Shown here piece by piece: positions 59,101-64,000 of a stretch of 64,000 nt of DNA. The translations under genes and the position numbers were made by a program. The first letter of the stretch is position 1. Each line of letters opens with the position of its first letter. A model generated the notes under the pieces. That model made no database searches and had not been told where the DNA came from. It saw only the letters and a list, made by a program, of their open reading frames with translations. The stretch comes from Microgenomates group bacterium Gr01-1014_7 (GTDB lineage: Bacteria > Patescibacteriota > Microgenomatia > Daviesbacterales > UBA10151). The stretch is from the NCBI GenBank assembly GCA_007376405.1, contig VMGD01000005.1, forward strand, positions 2,372 through 66,371, in the 5' to 3' direction.

Positions 59101-59583
59101 TTTTCTCCAAAAGAGTAAAAGTAATGGCAAAGAAGCTACAAAGAAAAATGTGGTGTGGGTGAATCTATGCCAGACCAAAACCATCATATAGGGATTGACC
59201 ATATAAAAAAGGCCTGCAAGTATTGCCATCCCCCTATTTTCATTCTTCATAATATTTTTAGCCAGCAAATACATTCCAAAACCCATTAGAAATAGCAAAA
59301 TACCAAAGATTACTGCTTGGATCATAAAAGCAGGAAGACCCAAGTTTTGAAGAAATGCAAAAAAAACATAAGCAGGCAGAGCAGTCAAATTTTGAGGTCT
59401 AGGAAAACCCGGCGCGGTTTCAGTCCACCATGGCTGCGATGCCATCTGAAGTACTCTTTGGGGATTATGTGTCGGTAAACCTACATCTCCTCCGCCATAC
59501 ATCAACCCATAATGAAACCATGAAAACATCACGACTAGAGTGATAAACAGGTAAAGAGAACCAGCTAGTATATTTCTCTTCAT
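56089..59583 (-). CDS. Giant polytopic membrane protein (1164 aa), tandem paralog of 52382..55795
   Basis: N-terminus ...SWFHYGLMYGGGDVGLPTHNPQRVLQMASQPWWTETAPGF... is colinear with the 1137-aa protein and has the same domain architecture. Confidence 0.55.
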   Translation of the reverse strand: MKRNILAGSLYLFITLVVMFSWFHYGLMYGGGDVGLPTHNPQRVLQMASQPWWTETAPGFPRPQNLTALPAYVFFAFLQNLGLPAFMIQAVIFGILLFLMGFGMYLLAKNIMKNENRGMAILAGLFYMVNPYMMVLVWHRFTHTTFFFVASLPLLLLFWRKWMREKEFTSLIIFIAVNLIFSYMFGTLAYAITLWFLLGMYTLFEIFIPWIGWKKASQISASFSLGLILWVLTNTWWILPAFFILPTLASAQHAVGDTLSTLFAIGEQSIIPYSLPGLNSFYLFQRQELGEVFKHPLFLFIPWIGVSFTIIGIYYTKKSRELIFWSILFILAVFLAKGVAPPLGYFYPYMFEKFFFLGVLRNPFEKFGLLIPFAGSVLFSVGFFNLATYFWKRNNLAGKAVLILSFGLFFGVYHWPFWTGTLFGTLEKRNFVEIPPYYQQANLWIKNQKKDGNILHLPLAITDASTYRWQYGYSGAESNAGFFTSNPSISMGFNLSYLDDALQGFDLMTSFDQIKYAEYLKELFRAFNVRFIVLHYDINWQASGVQSPEEIGKILDSLPFLKKQKEIEEVTVYEMDEKSFLSKIYTASYFNYLKLGSNYDTWFWFLRSDPTRILLSDKSDSNELTNLSGYKQTILIPTTIVKISSTQLASEENSLKELPPARFLPDLPLYPMIILKEFIQASGYQKTKENIHLTFAGKRLVEIYRMQDKDPNKSVSPIIQRYIQHLNKAVDKIFKDGLISVEAPTEFKILFSRHEVVLRQIYQRAKDQDKAVLSQAIETLRMRMIDMKMQPIYELISERELARYNRQVHRFFIPVDGEYEILMADSKVSPIYQKNLSQLDLQVDKTVQSRTGQIKDDLISYGTIPLNEGLHEISFNMQNSVNLIKDKQGEIRIVSGQHNPNSYEIKVEPFHPNSTYLLSFEYWTQKGSDPIVRILQDSDPDDYLVADALIKQRSYQFIKPVEFDPYNKYWKTYNLYISPRKNSANFSFQVVSIPWDDCKSIIAEKWLCDKQEVKFNFQKTSSISIRNIRVFRILDNLLFLRSISANQTSQIVSLNYTKKAPLEYEGNIVLDKPSYMIFSETFNDNWKLTLFDGEKEYMVPKHFFANMYGNGWFIDKKGNYKFRIRFSGDKYLYLGIYISVFSLLIFTIVHLVGKYLKWSHEKSN

Positions 59584-60620
59584 TTTGCCCTCACAAAGGA
59601 CAGGAAACTTTTAAACAAAGGCGTATTTGACAGCAAGTTTAACATACTTTCTTCTCCCTTTTGATTTATATCCCCTCTTATAGTAAATCTTTTCCTAAGT
59701 AAACTGGGAAGATTCCTTAATATCCAAATTATAGCTGTGAATCTTGTAAACCCCAGACTAAATTTCCTCTTTATAAGAATTTCCCATAGGCCGGCTGCAA
59801 TATACAATAGGATTGTTATAGGTAAAGCTTTAAGCAAAAGAAAAACTGGATAATTTTTAATCATAGTTGCAAGTCTATTCTTGTTAAAATGCCATCTCAC
59901 CTTAACTCTGACTATGTTAGACAAATCTGTTTTTCCCCTCTTGTGATAAATTACTGCATCTGGCTGATATAAAACCTTTAAACCTTTTAGTCTTATCCTT
60001 AAAGCAAAATCCATATCTTCATACCCAATACCGAAATCTGGATCAAAGTCTCCCACAATATTTACAACACTTCGGCGTATGGCTGATGCAGATCCGCTAG
60101 CAGAAAGAATCTTTGTTTGTCGGTCATACTGACCCAAATCTTTCTCCCCTGCCCCAATTGTTATTGGATTACCATATATATCCATGGTTTCTCCAGCGCT
60201 ATCTATCATTTTATGATCATAAAAATATAATAATTTTCCTTGTATCAAAGCTGCTTTTGGCTCCTTTTGAAAAAGATTAATAATCTTTTGTAAATATCCG
60301 GACTTAAATTCAATATCATTATTAAAAAAAGCTATATATTCTCCAGTGGCATTTTCCAAACCAAGATTAAGACCCTGGCTGTACATATTGATAGGATTGC
60401 GAATTATTTTAAGCCTTCGATTCTTACCAAACTTTCGCTTTATAATTTGTACACTTCTGTCCATCGAAGCGTTATCCACCAAAAAAACCTCATAATTTGG
60501 GTAGTCACAATTTAAAACTGAAGTTAATGAGTCAATCACCAAATTAAGCTGCAAACCATTGTAGTTAGAGATAATGATAGACACTTTAGGCCACTTCCCA
60601 ACCCATAAACTTTTTCTCAT
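59580..60620 (-). CDS. Glycosyltransferase family 2 with C-terminal TM segments
   Basis: VSIIISNYNGLQLNLVIDSL...VFLVDNASMDRS...FFNNDIEF (GT-A) plus C-terminal hydrophobic helices. Confidence 0.75.
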   Translation of the reverse strand: MRKSLWVGKWPKVSIIISNYNGLQLNLVIDSLTSVLNCDYPNYEVFLVDNASMDRSVQIIKRKFGKNRRLKIIRNPINMYSQGLNLGLENATGEYIAFFNNDIEFKSGYLQKIINLFQKEPKAALIQGKLLYFYDHKMIDSAGETMDIYGNPITIGAGEKDLGQYDRQTKILSASGSASAIRRSVVNIVGDFDPDFGIGYEDMDFALRIRLKGLKVLYQPDAVIYHKRGKTDLSNIVRVKVRWHFNKNRLATMIKNYPVFLLLKALPITILLYIAAGLWEILIKRKFSLGFTRFTAIIWILRNLPSLLRKRFTIRGDINQKGEESMLNLLSNTPLFKSFLSFVRAK

Positions 60621-61276
60621 TTTATATTTTTAATACACAAAATTCCAGCTGCAATCTTGGGAATGAAGTAGACAATTGGCGACAATAAAAAGGATACTGC
60701 AAAATAGAATGAAATTAATACTCTGTTGTGATTAATACGAATTAAACCTGCTTCCGACCAAAGTGGAGAAAATCCTATCCCAAACACTTTATAACCCCTT
60801 TTCCTAAAATCTTCTTCTGACCATCCTGATTTATGAACCTGATGAGGATTGTCTCCAAGATAACCATGGGGCTGCTTCATAAATTCTCGTGGTGTACCTA
60901 TTATAACTCTTTGCCTGGCTATTGACTCTATTAAAGACAGTAACTCTTCTCCCCTCTTATAATCTAAATGCTCGATTACTTGTGAGCAGAAAACTACATC
61001 ATATTTCTTTCTTTTTATAATTTCTTGCTTGACAAATTTTACTATATCCGCTTTATAAACTTTTGTAAAAGTACTTCTTTTTGATGCAATTTTGACATTT
61101 TTTGCATATAGATCTACTCCTGTAACCTGCCATTCTTTCCCATCCGCCAAAAGTTCCATTAGATTGCCGTCACCACACCCGAGATCTAAAATAGTCTTTG
61201 GGTTACCTAAACTCTGCCTTAGTAACCACATATATGAGAATGGTATGGTAACTATTAATCTATTGATGAATTTCAT
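60617..61276 (-). CDS. Class I SAM-dependent methyltransferase
   Basis: Motif I ILDLGCGDGNLMELL and ...VVFCSQVIEHL. Confidence 0.7.
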   Translation of the reverse strand: MKFINRLIVTIPFSYMWLLRQSLGNPKTILDLGCGDGNLMELLADGKEWQVTGVDLYAKNVKIASKRSTFTKVYKADIVKFVKQEIIKRKKYDVVFCSQVIEHLDYKRGEELLSLIESIARQRVIIGTPREFMKQPHGYLGDNPHQVHKSGWSEEDFRKRGYKVFGIGFSPLWSEAGLIRINHNRVLISFYFAVSFLLSPIVYFIPKIAAGILCIKNIK

Positions 61277-62468
61277 TGAAAATTTCTTCTGCTCGTTTAT
61301 CCCAAGACCAATTCTTTTTTAGCATGTCCAATCCTTCTGCACCTATCCTATCTCTCATTAATTGGTCATTTAATAAACTTATAACCACATTGGCAAATTT
61401 TTCTAAATTACCAATATCTACTTTAATCATTCCTTTAGGATAATACGATTTGTAAGAATCTAGGTCAAATCCGATGCAAGGTAATCCAAAAGCCATAGCT
61501 TCGCCAGCTGCCATACCCCCTGAATCATAAAATGAAGGGTGTAGTACAATTTTACTTTGGGAAAAAATCTTATACTTATCTCCCCCATCAAATAGATAAC
61601 CCTTAACAATAATGTTCTTTTCTAATTTTAAATTTTTAATTTTTATTTTTAGATTTTTCATTAACGGACCGTCTCCTATCATAATCAATCTGGCATCGCT
61701 CTTTTGATCTACCACATATCTCCATATATCAATGAGCTCTATAACACCTTTCTGTGGGTGAAAGCGGCCTTGAAAAACAGCATCATAAATTTTAGGCAAT
61801 TTTTTAAATTTAACTTTCCATTTTCTAATTTGTTCTAAATCTACAGCACCATAGACAATGATTACTCGTCCCATTTTATTTAGTCTTGGAAAATTTAGCC
61901 TCTCATTTTCATTATTAACTAAAACAAAATCTGCAAATTTGTTAATCAAGTTTCTAGTAGGCAATTGGATAAACCAGTAAACAAGGGCGCTTAATTTATA
62001 AGTATTATCTCTTTTCCCCTCGGTAAAACCTACCCAAGGTTTGGGAGCTGTTTGATACCATGCTGCTACCCACTTTATTTTGGGAAATCGTAACTTTAAA
62101 ATCCATGCCGGAATTGAATCCATCCAAAATTCTGATGCTGAGTAAACTATCGTTTTGGGTTGATTGTCCAAACTCACAGTCAACCCAACTCTAATTCCTT
62201 CAAGAATCCTTGCTAAGTAATTTATCAAAAAACCAAAATTTCTCCATGGTTTCATACTTGATACAAGATAGTTGACACCTGATAGACTTAACTGCTGTCT
62301 TTTACATAATTCGTATCCTTCTTGAGAAACCCAAATACTAACCTTAGCACGTTTATTCCAACGTCGGGCAAATTCTATAAAGATTCGGTCACTTCCTGAC
62401 AACCCCTGACCATAAGCAGCTAAGGCAAAGATGTGTATTTTTTTAATTCCCATACTTTTATATGACAA
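61260..62468 (-). CDS. Glycosyltransferase family 4
   Basis: C-terminal ...HPSFYDSGGMAAGEAMAFGLPCIGFD. Confidence 0.75.
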   Translation of the reverse strand: MSYKSMGIKKIHIFALAAYGQGLSGSDRIFIEFARRWNKRAKVSIWVSQEGYELCKRQQLSLSGVNYLVSSMKPWRNFGFLINYLARILEGIRVGLTVSLDNQPKTIVYSASEFWMDSIPAWILKLRFPKIKWVAAWYQTAPKPWVGFTEGKRDNTYKLSALVYWFIQLPTRNLINKFADFVLVNNENERLNFPRLNKMGRVIIVYGAVDLEQIRKWKVKFKKLPKIYDAVFQGRFHPQKGVIELIDIWRYVVDQKSDARLIMIGDGPLMKNLKIKIKNLKLEKNIIVKGYLFDGGDKYKIFSQSKIVLHPSFYDSGGMAAGEAMAFGLPCIGFDLDSYKSYYPKGMIKVDIGNLEKFANVVISLLNDQLMRDRIGAEGLDMLKKNWSWDKRAEEIFNEIHQ

Positions 62469-62558
62469 ACCTCAGCTGTGAAGTATAACATTATTTTTGC
62501 CTAAATGTAATTTCTATATTGGATATAACAATTCAAAGTCCTTGACACAAAATCGTCA

Positions 62559-63038
62559 TTGGACCTTTTTGAGAAGTCTTATCCAGATTACATGAGGGAA
62601 TCCGAACTTAGGGTTAATAGAACATATAATTGGCTAATGCATAAGGCAGGAATATTGCCCAAAGATCAAAACTTTGATTGGTTTTTTGGTCCGCTAGTTT
62701 TCAAAAACGATCCAGAGATTGTCTCATACTTCTTAAAAGAATATAGCCTTAAGTCTCCAATTAGAAGTCGTGTAGGAGCTCAACCAAATCCAGAACAACA
62801 TTCTGACGGCCATTATTTTCCCATTATTGAGGCTCTTTTTAATGGAAAGAGAGTAGTTAGTGTAGAAATACCCTTTGTTTATCCTAAAACTCAAAGAGAC
62901 AACGAAATGTCACCTGAAAGATTGGCACAATTTCAACAAAGAAGAAAATTGGACGCTTCTGCGTACCGCTTGGAAGCACTCCATTTCTTAGAATACCTAA
63001 GAGGTAATCCCAATAGCAAAATTCAACAAATTAGCTGA
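62559..63038 (+). CDS. Hypothetical protein (159 aa as tracked, TTG start; the true start may be the internal ATG of ...DYMRESEL...)
   Basis: Open frame only; no recognisable motif. The tracked start codon at 62559-62561 is TTG. Confidence 0.3.
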   Translation: MDLFEKSYPDYMRESELRVNRTYNWLMHKAGILPKDQNFDWFFGPLVFKNDPEIVSYFLKEYSLKSPIRSRVGAQPNPEQHSDGHYFPIIEALFNGKRVVSVEIPFVYPKTQRDNEMSPERLAQFQQRRKLDASAYRLEALHFLEYLRGNPNSKIQQIS

Positions 63039-63082
63039 AGAAATAACTCTTTTTTGTGAGGTATAATGCTAAAGGAGTTAAT

Positions 63083-64000
63083 ATGATAAAAAAAATTAGG
63101 CCTCTTGTAATAGGAATAGGTGTTGCCGGAAGAAGACATTTGGAAGCTCAACTTAATTTAGGGATAAAAACTGGTATATACACTACCAATCCTCAAACTG
63201 CCAAATCCTTAAGAGCACAAAATAATATAATTGTTTTTGATAATTTTGAAGACGGTTTAGATTGGTCTAATCTTGTCCATGTTTGTACACCTGATGATAA
63301 ACATACCGAATTTGTGGCTAAGGCTTTAAAAAAAAGAAAAGTTGTCCTTTGTGAAAAATCTTTTACTACCAACCTTTCAGATGCTCTATATTTGCAAAAG
63401 TTAGCTCATCAATATGACGTCGTGATAATAGTAGGCCAAAATTACCGTCTTACCCCCACATTTGCAGAAACTAGAAAACGAGTTTTAGAAGGACAACTTG
63501 GTACTATTACTCAAATTGAAACAACCTACTTTCATGATAGAAATGACTACCAACGAAGATATTCGGATAGAAATTTTCTTTATATTGGAGGCTCTCATGC
63601 TCTTGATTTAGCTTGTTGGATAGCAGGAGAACAAGTAGTCAGCATTAAAGCGTCCTCAGAAAATAAATTAAATTATCAAATAATAGTCAAATTTTCTTCA
63701 GGACTTAAAGGTGATATTAAATTAGACGCAAGTTCACCCAGATCTATTAGTGGAACAGATTTAATAGTTTATGGAGAAAAGGGGAAATTAGTCAGTCATA
63801 ATAAATTAGATAAACTCCTATTTTATAAAAAAGGGGCTAAATTACCTCAATCAATACTTTTACCAAATACCAAAACTTTTACTATTCCACAGGAGGTAAA
63901 AATTGTGGATGACTATCTTTTGGGTAAAGTAACTTCTCATTGGCCCTTACCTGCAGTGGATGAGGCTGTAAATCTTATAAAAGTATTGGACGCTATAAAA
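63083..64000 (+). CDS. Gfo/Idh/MocA-family NAD(P)-dependent oxidoreductase (sugar dehydrogenase-like); 3' end beyond the window
   Basis: RBS aAAGGAGtta is followed by ATG at 63083. The protein begins MIKKIRPLVIGIGVAGRRHLEA (Rossmann GxGxxG) and contains ...VLCEKSF (the EKP-like motif). The frame stays open to position 64000. Confidence 0.7.
   Translation, partial: MIKKIRPLVIGIGVAGRRHLEAQLNLGIKTGIYTTNPQTAKSLRAQNNIIVFDNFEDGLDWSNLVHVCTPDDKHTEFVAKALKKRKVVLCEKSFTTNLSDALYLQKLAHQYDVVIIVGQNYRLTPTFAETRKRVLEGQLGTITQIETTYFHDRNDYQRRYSDRNFLYIGGSHALDLACWIAGEQVVSIKASSENKLNYQIIVKFSSGLKGDIKLDASSPRSISGTDLIVYGEKGKLVSHNKLDKLLFYKKGAKLPQSILLPNTKTFTIPQEVKIVDDYLLGKVTSHWPLPAVDEAVNLIKVLDAIK

Overview
This is an AT-rich, almost entirely minus-strand window from a bacterium with a compact genome; overlapping start and stop codons are common. 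Calling it CPR/Patescibacteria-like is only an impression from gene content. Three blocks stand out.

- **1-23 kb, housekeeping genes.** A partial parB is followed by rpmA and rplU, a SEDS gene, ileS, then a division/cell-wall cluster that runs, right to left, mraZ-rsmH-ftsL-ftsI-[PaaX-like regulator]-murE-murB-murA-murF-mraY-ftsW-murG-ftsQ-ftsA-ftsZ. Next come an anchored hypothetical protein, a glycyl-tRNA synthetase gene and recO. The cluster order is non-canonical. murA and murB lie inside it, and murC, murD and ddl are absent. MurB is short and MurE lacks its N-terminal region.
- **Three local oddities in that block.**
  - A PaaX-family regulator gene is wedged between ftsI and murE. It is tightly bracketed by 34-bp dyad-symmetric direct repeats that look like promoters, and a degenerate copy of the ftsI 3' end lies nearby.
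  - The glyQS leader carries two tandem T-box elements (GGGTGGAACCGCG twice on the minus strand). These are followed by a small Cys-containing ORF with a strong RBS.
  - A family of GTCCC-N-GGGAC palindromes sits in the mraZ upstream region.
- **About 24-62.5 kb, a large surface-glycan assembly island.** It encodes an initiating phosphoglycosyl transferase, a DUF4012 protein, seven GT4 and four GT2 glycosyltransferases (one resembling a polyprenyl-phosphate sugar synthase), and about nine GT-C-type membrane glycosyltransferases. It also encodes three SAM methyltransferases, a hexapeptide acetyltransferase, a Wzx-like flippase and an O-antigen-ligase-like protein. Two tandem giant membrane proteins (1137 and 1164 aa) each pair with a small paralogous membrane protein, and a third giant protein (885 aa) carries a perfect 4x heptanucleotide repeat in its coding sequence.

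The window ends with a hypothetical ORF and a partial Gfo/Idh/MocA oxidoreductase. No rRNA, tRNA, CRISPR array, transposase or integrase was seen.
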